Positions 1 through 9,100 of a stretch of 64,000 nucleotides of DNA are shown piece by piece (within the stretch, counting starts at the first letter, position 1; each line of letters starts with the position of its first letter). The notes under the pieces were generated by a model, which ran no database searches, had not been told where the DNA came from, and worked only from the letters and a program-made list of their open reading frames with translations. The position numbers and the translations under genes were made by a program. This stretch comes from Candidatus Eiseniibacteriota bacterium (lineage in GTDB: Bacteria; Eisenbacteria; RBG-16-71-46): contig OY970342.1 of the NCBI GenBank assembly GCA_963717505.1, positions 1,280,001 through 1,344,000 on the forward strand, read 5' to 3'.

Positions 1-2
1 AC

Positions 3-1085
3 GGTCTTGCTCGCTACCGCGCCCTGGAGCGCGACACGAGCCTGGTGCCACTCCTCGGACTGCCGCGCATCGTCAAGCCCGGGATGCGCCTTCACGCGGA
101 GACCCGGCTGCGCCTCTTGCTCGAAGCGACCGGCGACCTGGCTCGCCCGGCGCACCGGAGTGCCGCGGCAGACACGGTCTACACGGCCGAACTGGTGGCG
201 GGAGTGAAGCAGTTCCAGGTCCGCCAGGGGATCGAACCCGACGGCGTGATCGGCCCGGCCACGGCCGCGCGGCTCAATCGTCCGTTCGTGCAGCGCGTGC
301 GGCAGATCGAACTGGCGCTGGAGCGCTTTCGTTGGCTGCCGGCCTCTTTCGCCAGGCCGCCGATCATCGTCAACATCCCGGCCTTCCGGCTCTACGCCTT
401 TCGCGGTTCGATCGACCGAGAAGACGACATGCTCGCGATGGATGTCGTGGTCGGCGATGCCTTCGACACGCACACGCCGGTATTCGCCGCGGAAATGCGG
501 TACCTGATCTTCCGTCCTTTCTGGGAGGTGCCGGAAAGCATCATGAAGGCCGAGCTGGGTCCGAAGGCGTTGAGCGACCCCGAGTTCTTGAAGCAGGAGG
601 CCATGGTGCTGGTGAGCGGAGAGTCGGACCGAGCACCCGTGTTGCCCGCGACCCCCGAGAACCTGGCGAGGATCGGAAAGGACCTGCGTGTCCGCCAGCT
701 TCCGGGGCCCCAGAATGCACTGGGTCTGGTGAAATTCATTCTGCCCAATGCCCACAACGTCTACCTGCATGACACGGCGGCGAAAGGACTCTTCTCGAGT
801 TCGCGCCGCGACTTCAGCCACGGCTGTATCCGGTTGAGCGACCCCGTCGCCCTGGTGGCTCACGTGCTGAGGGACCAGCCCGACTGGTCGGTCGAGCGCA
901 TTCGCGCAGCGATGGAAGGAGAGGACAACACGAGGGTAAACGTGTCCCTGCCGGTGCCGGTCCTCATCGTGTATGCAACGGCCATCACCCGTGAGAACGG
1001 CGAAGTCTACTTCTACTCCGACATCTACGGCCTGGACAAGGAACTGGACCAGCTCCTCGAGAAGGGCTATCCGTACCCGAAGTAG
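3..1085 (+). CDS. L,D-transpeptidase (YcbB/LdtD-like) with peptidoglycan-binding domain, 5'-truncated by window edge
   Basis: PG-binding 'VKQFQVRQGIEPDGVIGPAT', YkuD motifs 'VYLHDT' and 'SHGCIRL'; frame stays open to the window start. Confidence 0.92.
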   Translation, partial: GLARYRALERDTSLVPLLGLPRIVKPGMRLHAETRLRLLLEATGDLARPAHRSAAADTVYTAELVAGVKQFQVRQGIEPDGVIGPATAARLNRPFVQRVRQIELALERFRWLPASFARPPIIVNIPAFRLYAFRGSIDREDDMLAMDVVVGDAFDTHTPVFAAEMRYLIFRPFWEVPESIMKAELGPKALSDPEFLKQEAMVLVSGESDRAPVLPATPENLARIGKDLRVRQLPGPQNALGLVKFILPNAHNVYLHDTAAKGLFSSSRRDFSHGCIRLSDPVALVAHVLRDQPDWSVERIRAAMEGEDNTRVNVSLPVPVLIVYATAITRENGEVYFYSDIYGLDKELDQLLEKGYPYPK

Positions 1086-1163
1086 GCTCCGCCCTGTCCG
1101 GACGCCATCGGGCTGCACGGCAGCGCCTTGCGAGTCTTCTCGCCGAATTGACCCCCAGCGACC

Positions 1164-2162
1164 GTGGATATGGGGTCCAATGTTTCGCCTGCAGCCCACC
1201 GAGTTCGCGAACCCAGATCCCCTCAGGGAGGTCTATTGAACCCAGTTCACCGAATCGCCGCGCTTGCTTGCGGGTCCCTCACCCTGATTGCCGCCTCCGT
1301 GGCTATGCCCGCCCTACAGAGCACATCCTCGGCGCCCGATAGCTCGGTGGCCAGCGTCGACAGCACGCTCTCGCCGCTGCTGGACGTCATGGGCTCGAGT
1401 GGCAATGTGCGCGCCTTGATCGGAACACAGGCTTCGTTGGCGGAGAGCCTCACGCTGCAGCCGATCCTCTCCGGGGTGCCGCTCGGCACCCCCGGCGTGC
1501 ACCGGTTGGGTCTGCCCGCGCCCGACGGAGACCCGCTGGTGGTGGTGACGCTCGAGTCCTTCAAAGCAATGAAGGGCGCGCGACTCGATGACTACCACGT
1601 CGGACACTGGCCGACACATGGGATGGCCGCGCACGATCCGTCCTACGCCCCGCCTCCCGGGTTCATCGCGGTGACACCGGAAAACGAGTCGACTCCGGTC
1701 TCGAAACGATTCTGCCTGCGCGACTTCTTGACCCACGATCAGCAGGACGTGTGGCCCAAGGTTCTAGTGCTCCGCGTAGGGCTGTTGGACAAGCTCGAGC
1801 TCATCGGTGAAGCATTGGAGCGACGGAGGCTGCCCGGCTTGCTCCACGTCATGTCCGGCTTCCGCACGCCGCAGTACAACGCAAAAGGTGTGGGCCCGAG
1901 GGGCGGCCGCGCCAGCGCCAGCCGTCACATGTACGGGGACGCGGCCGACGTGATCGTGGACGCGAACGGAGATGGCGTGATGGATGATCTCGACGGCGAC
2001 GGAACAGTCACGATACGCGACGCGCGCGTGCTCTATGCGGTGGTCGAAGACGTCGAGGTCCAGTACCCCGAGCTCGCGGGCGGACTCTCCGCCTACCCGG
2101 CGAACTCGGCGCACGGTCCGTTCGTGCACGTCGACGCCCGCGGGGTCCGCGCCCGTTGGTAG
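1164..2162 (+). CDS. Peptidase M15 / YcbK(MepK)-like Zn peptidase
   Basis: 'SGFRTPQYN', 'SRHMYGDAAD', 'FVHVD' LAS-type motifs; N-terminal hydrophobic anchor; follows YcbB homolog; start uncertain. Confidence 0.8.
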   Translation: MDMGSNVSPAAHRVREPRSPQGGLLNPVHRIAALACGSLTLIAASVAMPALQSTSSAPDSSVASVDSTLSPLLDVMGSSGNVRALIGTQASLAESLTLQPILSGVPLGTPGVHRLGLPAPDGDPLVVVTLESFKAMKGARLDDYHVGHWPTHGMAAHDPSYAPPPGFIAVTPENESTPVSKRFCLRDFLTHDQQDVWPKVLVLRVGLLDKLELIGEALERRRLPGLLHVMSGFRTPQYNAKGVGPRGGRASASRHMYGDAADVIVDANGDGVMDDLDGDGTVTIRDARVLYAVVEDVEVQYPELAGGLSAYPANSAHGPFVHVDARGVRARW

Positions 2163-2439
2163 GCTGCGAAGCTCGCGTGATCAGTTGAGTCACGCTCGTG
2201 CAAGGGCTTGCGCTATCGACGGGCCCCAAGCATTCCGTTGCCCTGATCGAAATGAAGCGACAAGATTGTCCTCAGGGTGACGAGTCCACCACCCCCAGCG
2301 AGTACGGTCCAGCTACTTCGCATCGTCCTTCTCAACATCTTGAATCTCGATGCGACGGATCGCTTCCGGTCCTGTTCACTTTGTGCCGGACGTCGGCGGC
2401 GATCATGGAAGTGCCGCTTTCACGGCAAGAAAGAACAAA

Positions 2440-2910
2440 ATGCTGACTGCTCAGGACAACGCTACCATCGTTCGCGCACACTACGACGCCTTCAATCGGC
2501 GCGAAATGGAAAAAGACCTCTCGCTCGTGACCGACGACGTGAAGTGGCTGAACATCCCGTTCAACGTCAACTTCAGCGGGCACAAGGGCTATCGCGAGTA
2601 CCTCCAGAACTGGACCACCGCGATGCCGGATTGCAAGGTCGAAGTCCTTCACACGGTCGTCGGTGAAGAATGGATTGCCGTCGAGTTCATCGGTCGTGGC
2701 ACCCACACCGGTCCGCTGGTCGGACCGTATGGAACGACCATTCCTGCGACGCAGAAGAAGCTCGACCTCAAGTTCTGTGAGCTCCTCCGAATCAAGGACG
2801 GTCAGATCGCCGAGGCGCGCGTCTACTTCGACGCGGCGACCATGATGCGGCAGCTCGGCCTACTGGCTCAGACATCCACGCCAGGCCAGCCGGCAACCAC
2901 CAGCGTCTAG
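2440..2910 (+). CDS. SnoaL-like ester cyclase / NTF2-fold protein
   Basis: 'RAHYDAFN', 'GTHTGPL', 'IPATQKK', 'DGQI.E.R.YFD' pattern; ATG at 2440. Confidence 0.88.
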   Translation: MLTAQDNATIVRAHYDAFNRREMEKDLSLVTDDVKWLNIPFNVNFSGHKGYREYLQNWTTAMPDCKVEVLHTVVGEEWIAVEFIGRGTHTGPLVGPYGTTIPATQKKLDLKFCELLRIKDGQIAEARVYFDAATMMRQLGLLAQTSTPGQPATTSV

Positions 2911-2930
2911 CTGACATTCCGTCTAGTTCT

Positions 2931-2966
2931 CCGCCGTGGTGCCCACACGAGGCCACGGCGGTTCTT
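2931..2966. terminator. Hairpin between convergent genes
   Basis: CCGCCGTGG(2931-2939)/CCACGGCGG(2953-2961) inverted repeat followed by TTCTT. Confidence 0.55.
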
Positions 2967-3486
2967 AGTTTGTGTCGTCCCCGGGCTTCTGTGTTGCGTA
3001 GCCAGGGCCCAGCAGGGAGAGCAGCAGCCCTGCCACGCTCAGCACGGCGAGCACCAGGTGAAGAGGCAAAGCCCCCGACGTGCCGGTCAACGAGAGCGGC
3101 TTGAAGGAGCCGAGGGCGAAAACACCGAGCTGGCCGATCGCGGCCACGACGTAGGCCAGCGGAATCAGGACGCGATAGCGCGCCACGACGGTGACGAAGA
3201 GGACGCCCAGCACCAACTGCTCGAGCCCCATGCGTGCAAAGAGGGCCACCACGTTCTGCGCGGCCCCGGCGGGATAGGAATCGAGCGGGATGTGCGAGAT
3301 GGATTGAGCGCCGCCATCGGGGTTGAAGATGTGCCCCAAGCCCAGCGCCACCCTCATCAGCGTGATGACGACGAAGATCCAGAGCGCCACCGGGTAACCG
3401 CGATAGTCATTGCCAAGACGCTTCGGGAAGATCCGATCCATCAGGGGGGCTGCGCGGCCAGAGGGCATGGGCTCGCCGGGGCGCAA
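2965..3486 (-). CDS. Hypothetical membrane protein (about 4 TM segments)
   Basis: Four hydrophobic stretches; downstream of phosphatase gene; start may be a later ATG. Confidence 0.7.
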   Translation of the reverse strand: MRPGEPMPSGRAAPLMDRIFPKRLGNDYRGYPVALWIFVVITLMRVALGLGHIFNPDGGAQSISHIPLDSYPAGAAQNVVALFARMGLEQLVLGVLFVTVVARYRVLIPLAYVVAAIGQLGVFALGSFKPLSLTGTSGALPLHLVLAVLSVAGLLLSLLGPGYATQKPGDDTN

Positions 3487-3488
3487 CT

Positions 3489-4049
3489 CTACGGTTCGGA
3501 GTTGGACGGGGGTGGCGGCTCACCGTACGTGAACCACATGATCTTCGAGCCACCCGGATAGAGAACCACGACGTAGAGGCGGTCGTGCTCCTCGTCGCGA
3601 ATCGGGGGCACGGGCTTGCCGGTCAGAGCCGTGATCAACGCGGGCAGCGTGTTGCTATGGCCGACCACCAGCGCGGTTCCTCCGTGCGTTTCGTTGCGGA
3701 TGCGCCCGGCGTGGGCGGTGACATCGCGGCCGCGCAGCACGTGGAGGGAGTCTTTGAGGGTCCTAGCGATCGGTTCGGCCGTCGCCCGCGTGCGCTGCCA
3801 CTCGGTGACGAACACGGTCGAGATCTCGGCATGCCCGAGCATTCTGGCGAGGAGGTTCGCCCGCTCGATGCCGGCGGTGGTCAGCGGCGGGTCGTTTCCG
3901 GGCTTGGTCGTGTCTTTCTCGGCGTGACGGACCAGAAAGACGGTGAGCGTCGAATCGTCGGGTGCGGCGGCATGAGCCGCGCGACCGCTGATCGCTGAAA
4001 TCGAAAGCGCGAGAACAGTGACGGCGGCACGCCACGTGATCGACGCCAT
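3489..4049 (-). CDS. Secreted histidine phosphatase (PGAM/SixA superfamily)
   Basis: Signal peptide, 'LVRHAEK' and 'VVGHSNT' motifs; ATG overlaps upstream TGA. Confidence 0.88.
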   Translation of the reverse strand: MASITWRAAVTVLALSISAISGRAAHAAAPDDSTLTVFLVRHAEKDTTKPGNDPPLTTAGIERANLLARMLGHAEISTVFVTEWQRTRATAEPIARTLKDSLHVLRGRDVTAHAGRIRNETHGGTALVVGHSNTLPALITALTGKPVPPIRDEEHDRLYVVVLYPGGSKIMWFTYGEPPPPSNSEP

Positions 4050-4540
4050 CAATCGAACTCGCGCACCGGTGGCGGCTGGTCGGGCCCGACGCGGCCGGTT
4101 TCGATGTTGGCGCGGAAGTAGTTCTCGCCCTTGACCGGCGAGCCCGCGAGCCGCCGGAGCATGGTGAGCTGACCGGTGTGGGTCAGCGCGTCGGCGATCG
4201 GGCCGGCCAGGATGCGTTCGGCCGGCGCCCCAAGCGGCGCGTTGGAAGCGAGCGATTCGTCGAGCGATTTCAAAGTCGCGAAGAATCGCTCGACCTCGCG
4301 GTCCCACGGCAGTGGGTCGTGCTTCGGCCACGCTTCCTTGCCGCGCACGTGCGACAGCGCCCAGTCCATCAGGTCCCCGATGTGCGCGAGGATCTCGATC
4401 GGCGTGCGCGTGCTCGGCCCGGATTTGAACTCGGCGAAGTCAGCGGGCGCCCCGCGCACCGCCTTGCCGCAGCGGTACGCGAGTACCGCCACGGCATGGC
4501 GCAACAGCGCGCGGGCTCCCTGTGATTCGCCTACGAGCAC
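4049..4540 (-). CDS. DinB/DUF664-like four-helix bundle protein
   Basis: '[10 protein letters not shown]' and '[17 protein letters not shown]' motifs; GTG start overlapping nrdJ end. Confidence 0.75.
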   Translation of the reverse strand: MLVGESQGARALLRHAVAVLAYRCGKAVRGAPADFAEFKSGPSTRTPIEILAHIGDLMDWALSHVRGKEAWPKHDPLPWDREVERFFATLKSLDESLASNAPLGAPAERILAGPIADALTHTGQLTMLRRLAGSPVKGENYFRANIETGRVGPDQPPPVREFD

Positions 4541-7500
4541 CCCATCGAGTTGCCGCAGTTCAGGCACTTGAAGCACGTGCCGTTGCGGATCGTGATGTGC
4601 CCGCAGTGGTCGCACATCGGCGTGTCGCCCGAGAACTTGCTTGCGCTGGTACTCGACGCCACCGTCCCCGGTGCCGACCGCACTCGTCGAAACGTCGGGG
4701 CGAACCGGCGCGGGCGCCGTGGGTGCCGCCCAGCCGGAGCCGCAGCCGCCGGCTTCGAATGCCCATTGCCGTTCCCGCCGTTCGCGCGGTGCTCGTAGCC
4801 GACCGGGTGCTGCGCGGCGGATTCCTTGGGCGCCAGCATGTCCTCGGGCACTACGTGCGCGAGATCGGTGCGGCCCAGGTATTCGAGACCGAGCACCCGG
4901 AACACGTAGTCGACCACGCTGGTGCACGCGCGAATGTTCTCGTGGCCGTCGACGCGACCGTGCGGCTCGAAGCGCGTGAACGTGAACTGGTCGACCAGGT
5001 CGTTGAGCGGCACGCCGTACTGGAGGCCCATCGACACCGAGATGGCGAAGCAATTCATCATGCTGCGGAACGCGGCGCCCTCCTTGTGCATGTCGATGAA
5101 GATCTCACCCAGGGTGCCGTCTTCGTATTCGCCGGTCCGCAGGAACAGTTTGTGTCCAGAGATGCGCGCCTCCTGCGTGAAGCCGTGGCGGCGGCGCGGC
5201 AAACGGCGCCGGCGCAGCTTGGGCGGGCCGGCCGTGGCCGTGTCTTCCGCCTTCTTGCTGGTGGCCAGCGGCTGGCTCAGCTTGCTGCCGTCGCGATAGA
5301 GCGCGACCGCCTTGATTCCCAGGCGCCACGACTCCATGTAGATCTTCTCGACCTCCTCGACCGTTGCCTCCGGAGGCAGATTCACCGTCTTGCTGATCGC
5401 GCCCGAGATGAACGGCTGAACCGCGCCCATCATGCGCACGTGGCCCATCGGCAGGATGAAACGCGTGCTGTGCGGGCCGCAGCGATTGGCGCAGTCGAAC
5501 ACCGGCAGGTGCTCAGGCTTGAGGCCGGGCGCACCCTCGACTGTCTGAGTGCCGCACACATACGCGTTGGCTTCCTCGATCTGGGCGTCGGTGAAACCGA
5601 GGAACGGCAGCACGTTGAACGTCGGCTTCTCGCGCTCGGCGGTGCCGACCCCGAGCCGGGTGAGCAGATCCTCACCGAGCATGCCGCGCCCGAAGGCGAA
5701 GCGCAGGTCGAGCATGCCGCGCAACGAGTCCTCGATCCGGTCGATTTCCGCCGGCTGAAGGCCGCGCGCGTGCAAGGTGTCGCGATTGATGTGCGGTGAA
5801 CCCTGCAGGGTTCCGCTCCCGATCGCGTGGCGCACGATGCGCTCGAGCGTCGGGTCATCGTAGCCGAGACGCTTGAGTGCTCCGGGCACCGACTGATTGA
5901 CGATCTTGAAGTAGCCGCCGCCGGCCAGCTTCTTGAACTTGACCAACGCGAAGTCAGGCTCGACGCCGGTCGTGTCGCAGTCCATGAGCAGGCCGATGGT
6001 CCCGGTCGGCGCCAACACCGTCGCCTGCGCGTTCCGGTAGCCGTGCTTCATGCCGAGCGTCACCGCACGATCCCAGCACTCGACCGCCGCGGCCTTCATC
6101 TCGCGCGGCGCGTACTGGTGGTCGATCGCGCGCGCGGCGTCGCGGTGGAGCCGCATGACCTCGAGCATCGAGTCGCGGTTGTGCGCGTACCCGGCGAACG
6201 AAGCCTTGCTCGCCGCCATCTCGGCCGAGAGCGCGTAGGCCTCGCCGGTCATCATCGCGGTGATGCACGCCGCGTAGCCGCGCGCCGCCTCGCTGTCGTA
6301 AGGCAGGCCTTGCACCATGAGCAGCGTGCCCAGGTTGGCGTAGCCGAGCCCGAGCGGACGGTATTCGTGCGAGCGCTTGCCGATCCTCTCGGTGGGATAC
6401 GACGCGAAGTCGACCAGGATCTCCTGCGCCATGAAGAACACGCGATTCGCGTGCCGGTAGCCCTCGATGTCGAAGCCGCTGTCGTCGCGCACGAATTTCA
6501 TCAGATTGACCGACGCCAGATTGCATGCGGTGTCGTCCAAGAAGACAAATTCGGAGCACGGATTGGTCGCTTGAATGCGATCGGTCGCCTTGCACGTGTG
6601 CCACTTCTGGATGGTGTCGTCGAACTGGACGCCGGGGTCGGCGCACTGCCACGCCGCGTTCGCGATCTGATTCCACAGCTCGCGCGCCGGCTGCGTCTTC
6701 CACACCTTGCCGGTGGTGCGCAGCGTCGTGCTCCACGGCCCATCGGCGAGCACGGACTCCATGAACCGGTCGGGCACGCGCACCGAGTTGTTCGAGTTCT
6801 GGCCCGAAACGGTCGCGTAGGCGTCGCCGTTGAAGTCCGAGGAATAGCCGGCGGCGACCAGGGCCGCGACCTTCTTCTCCTCGCGCACCTTCCAGTTGAC
6901 GAACTCCTCGATCTCGGGGTGGTCCATGTCGAGCACCACCATCTTGGCGGCGCGCCGCGTGGTGCCGCCCGACTTGGTGGCGCCCGCGCCCCGGTCGAGC
7001 ACCTCGAGGAACGACATCAGGCCCGACGAGGTGCCGCCGCCCGAGAGCTTTTCCATGCGCCCGCGCAGCTTCGAGAAGTTGGTGCCAGTGCCCGAGCCGA
7101 ACTTGAAGACCCGCGCCTCGTTGCGCGCCAGATCGAAGATCGACATCAGGTCGTCGCCGACCGACTGGATGAAGCAGGCCGAAACCTGGGGCCGCGAATA
7201 CGAATCCTTGGTGACCTGGACCTCGCCGGTCGCGAGGTCGGTGTAGAAGTTCCCGCCCGAGCCCTGGATGGCGTACTCGTGCCACAGGCCGCAGTTGAAC
7301 CACACCGGGGAATTGAACGCGCCGACCTGGTGCACCAGCATGTAGGCCAGCTCGCTCTCGAAGGCGTCGGCATCCTCGCGGGTCGCGAAGTAGCCGCCCT
7401 GCTCCTCGCCCGAGCGGCGAATGGTGTGGGCGATCCGGTGGACGACCTGGCGCACGCTGGTCTCGTGGCCGGGGGTCGCGGGCAAGCCCGCCTTGCGGAA

Positions 7501-7734
7501 GTACTTGCTGACGACGATGTCGGTGGCGAGCTGGGACCACTCCGCCGGCACCTCGACGTCGTCCATGCGAAAGACGACCGAGCCGTCGGGGTTGGTGATC
7601 ACCGTGCGGCGGCGCTCCCAGACCACCTCGTCGAGCGGGTTGGCCCCGCGGCGGGTCCAGCGGCGCGGTACGCGCAAGCCTCGTCCGGCAAGGTCGGAGG
7701 TCGCGGCGGAATCCTTGAGAATCGTGTTGCTCAT
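4531..7734 (-). CDS. nrdJ: Adenosylcobalamin-dependent (class II) ribonucleotide reductase with TSCPD domain and C-terminal Cys cluster
   Basis: 'FNSPVWFN', 'SACFI', 'TNPCSE', 'APTGT', 'ISKTVN', 'YRDGSK', C-terminal 'CDHCG...[14 protein letters not shown]'; SD GGAGG upstream. Confidence 0.96.
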   Translation of the reverse strand: MSNTILKDSAATSDLAGRGLRVPRRWTRRGANPLDEVVWERRRTVITNPDGSVVFRMDDVEVPAEWSQLATDIVVSKYFRKAGLPATPGHETSVRQVVHRIAHTIRRSGEEQGGYFATREDADAFESELAYMLVHQVGAFNSPVWFNCGLWHEYAIQGSGGNFYTDLATGEVQVTKDSYSRPQVSACFIQSVGDDLMSIFDLARNEARVFKFGSGTGTNFSKLRGRMEKLSGGGTSSGLMSFLEVLDRGAGATKSGGTTRRAAKMVVLDMDHPEIEEFVNWKVREEKKVAALVAAGYSSDFNGDAYATVSGQNSNNSVRVPDRFMESVLADGPWSTTLRTTGKVWKTQPARELWNQIANAAWQCADPGVQFDDTIQKWHTCKATDRIQATNPCSEFVFLDDTACNLASVNLMKFVRDDSGFDIEGYRHANRVFFMAQEILVDFASYPTERIGKRSHEYRPLGLGYANLGTLLMVQGLPYDSEAARGYAACITAMMTGEAYALSAEMAASKASFAGYAHNRDSMLEVMRLHRDAARAIDHQYAPREMKAAAVECWDRAVTLGMKHGYRNAQATVLAPTGTIGLLMDCDTTGVEPDFALVKFKKLAGGGYFKIVNQSVPGALKRLGYDDPTLERIVRHAIGSGTLQGSPHINRDTLHARGLQPAEIDRIEDSLRGMLDLRFAFGRGMLGEDLLTRLGVGTAEREKPTFNVLPFLGFTDAQIEEANAYVCGTQTVEGAPGLKPEHLPVFDCANRCGPHSTRFILPMGHVRMMGAVQPFISGAISKTVNLPPEATVEEVEKIYMESWRLGIKAVALYRDGSKLSQPLATSKKAEDTATAGPPKLRRRRLPRRRHGFTQEARISGHKLFLRTGEYEDGTLGEIFIDMHKEGAAFRSMMNCFAISVSMGLQYGVPLNDLVDQFTFTRFEPHGRVDGHENIRACTSVVDYVFRVLGLEYLGRTDLAHVVPEDMLAPKESAAQHPVGYEHRANGGNGNGHSKPAAAAPAGRHPRRPRRFAPTFRRVRSAPGTVASSTSASKFSGDTPMCDHCGHITIRNGTCFKCLNCGNSMGCS

Positions 7735-7850
7735 AGGGGACCTCCCTGGTCCACGCGAAGAAAGCTCTCGTCCCTGACAGCGGCGAGCCGAGACGATCCG
7801 GCGGGGCGCAGCTCGAATCCGGCTCGGTACGGCGCTGATCCTGTGACTTC

Positions 7851-7960
7851 TTGTCTTCGCGTGCGTGGGTTGAAGACAACAAATGCTCGCGGGCGTGGAG
7901 TCGTTGGGTCGCGAGCAGTGCGGGGCTTTATACCACCGAGGACCGTCGCGGCCGCAAGCG
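7851..7960 (-). promoter_or_regulatory. nrdJ promoter (extended -10 TGgTATAAA) and structured leader with two hairpins
   Basis: Minus-strand TGGTATAAA near 7927-7935; stems TGCTCGCG/CGCGAGCA (7884-7917) and TTGTCTTC/GAAGACAA (7851-7879). Confidence 0.5.
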
Positions 7961-8285
7961 CGTTTTTCAGATCGAATGACGCGGCCTCGATCGAGGTCGC
8001 GACGTTTCGATCAGGTTTCAGCGGCGTTACGAGCGATCGTCTCGCTTCGACCCGTGGAACGGTCGCCGTGAAACGTGACCTAGAAATGACCTGCTGCATG
8101 ACCCAAACCCCGCGGTACTCGTTCCGAAATCCGGTCACGGGCTTCGGATATCCGTCAGGAGATTACGCCCATCGCAGCGAGTGCACAAGCGTGCAGGTCG
8201 GGGCCGTCGTCCGGACGTTGCTCCTGCGAGGCCTTGCTCGGGTTAGTCTCGCGAGGTCGATTCCCCCAATCGGAGGAGGCAACGC

Positions 8286-8726
8286 ATGATCAAGCGCACA
8301 GGATCAGCAGTCTGGAACGGCGGTCTGAAGGACGGCAACGGCTCACTCACCACTGGTAGCAAGACACTCAACCAGACCCCGTACTCGTTCACCTCCCGCT
8401 TCGAGAGTGGTCAGGGCACCAACCCCGAGGAGCTGGTCGCGGCGGCGCACGCCGGATGTTTCTCGATGGCGTTGTCGGTCAAGCTGGCCGAAGCGGGAAT
8501 GAAGCCCGAACGGATCGAGACCACCGCCACCGCGACGCTCGACAAGACCGACGCCGGCATGACGGTGACCGCGATTCACCTGGACCTGATCGCCGACGTT
8601 CCCAACGCGGACCCGGCCAAGTTCGAGGCCGCGGCACGATTGACCAAGGACACCTGCATCATCTCGCGCCTGCTGAACACCAAGATCACGCTCGAGGCCA
8701 AACTGCGGAGCAGCTCGCGGGCGTAG
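8286..8726 (+). CDS. osmC: OsmC family peroxiredoxin
   Basis: 'GTNPEEL.AAAHAGCFSMAL' and second Cys 'TCIISR'; SD GGAGG. Confidence 0.95.
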   Translation: MIKRTGSAVWNGGLKDGNGSLTTGSKTLNQTPYSFTSRFESGQGTNPEELVAAAHAGCFSMALSVKLAEAGMKPERIETTATATLDKTDAGMTVTAIHLDLIADVPNADPAKFEAAARLTKDTCIISRLLNTKITLEAKLRSSSRA

Positions 8727-8834
8727 TCACGGTCTGGGAGGTAGGGCCTTCGAGCCGCGCCGGGGTCGGTTTGGCCCGCGCTCGTGGCAGCTTCTTGCAG
8801 GCGGCGGTCGCTTCGGCTTAGATATTCGAGGTGT

Positions 8835-9100
8835 TCATCCGCGGCGCTCCTTCGGGAGTAGGCGCGGCGGAATCTCGCGGTCTGGGCGGCCGGGAGATCC
8901 GGGCGGGTTGGGACCCGCCGAGCGTGGCACGCCCGAACAGGAGGTGATCCCTTGGGTAGTTCCAGCGGCTTGATCGAGGTGGCGGCCCCGTAGGGGTAGA
9001 CCTCGAAGCGCGTGGCGCTCACGCGGGACACCCCGTTCCGGGGAACCCAACGCCACCAGATCATCGCAAAGGCCCCGGCGTGCAAACGCCGGGGCCTTCT
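8835..9100 (+). ncRNA. Candidate structured RNA (unknown family) containing AGGAGGTGATCC and a 13-codon sORF
   Basis: At least 7 stems including a cUUCGg tetraloop, long-range closing helices, ending at a terminator; no credible long ORF. Confidence 0.5.
9069..9100. terminator. Intrinsic terminator, probably bidirectional
   Basis: Perfect 13-bp stem AAGGCCCCGGCGT-GCAA-ACGCCGGGGCCTT with GNRA loop. Confidence 0.85.

Noticed and set aside
4531-7734. Intein or intron in nrdJ
   Set aside because: Length and motif spacing are normal, with no intein splice motifs
7731-8138. 135-aa minus-strand ORF upstream of nrdJ
   Set aside because: No motifs or SD, and it overlaps the apparent promoter and leader
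5827-8289. 820-aa plus-strand ORF and similar long antisense ORFs (9103-10794, 48519-51347, 51317-53929, 60890-63679)
   Set aside because: They are shadows of well-supported opposite-strand genes; high GC3 suppresses antisense stops and they carry no motifs
8785-8800. Sigma54 promoter-like TGGCAG...TTGCA
   Set aside because: GG-to-GC spacing is 9 nt rather than the required 10
8939-8950. AGGAGGTGATCC as a 16S rRNA gene fragment on the minus strand
   Set aside because: The match stops after 12 nt and the flanks do not continue as 16S (no AGCCGCA...), so it is not called rRNA
9020-9058. 'CGCCACCA' as a tRNA or tmRNA 3' end
   Set aside because: No T-loop (GTTCRA) or acceptor-stem partner found
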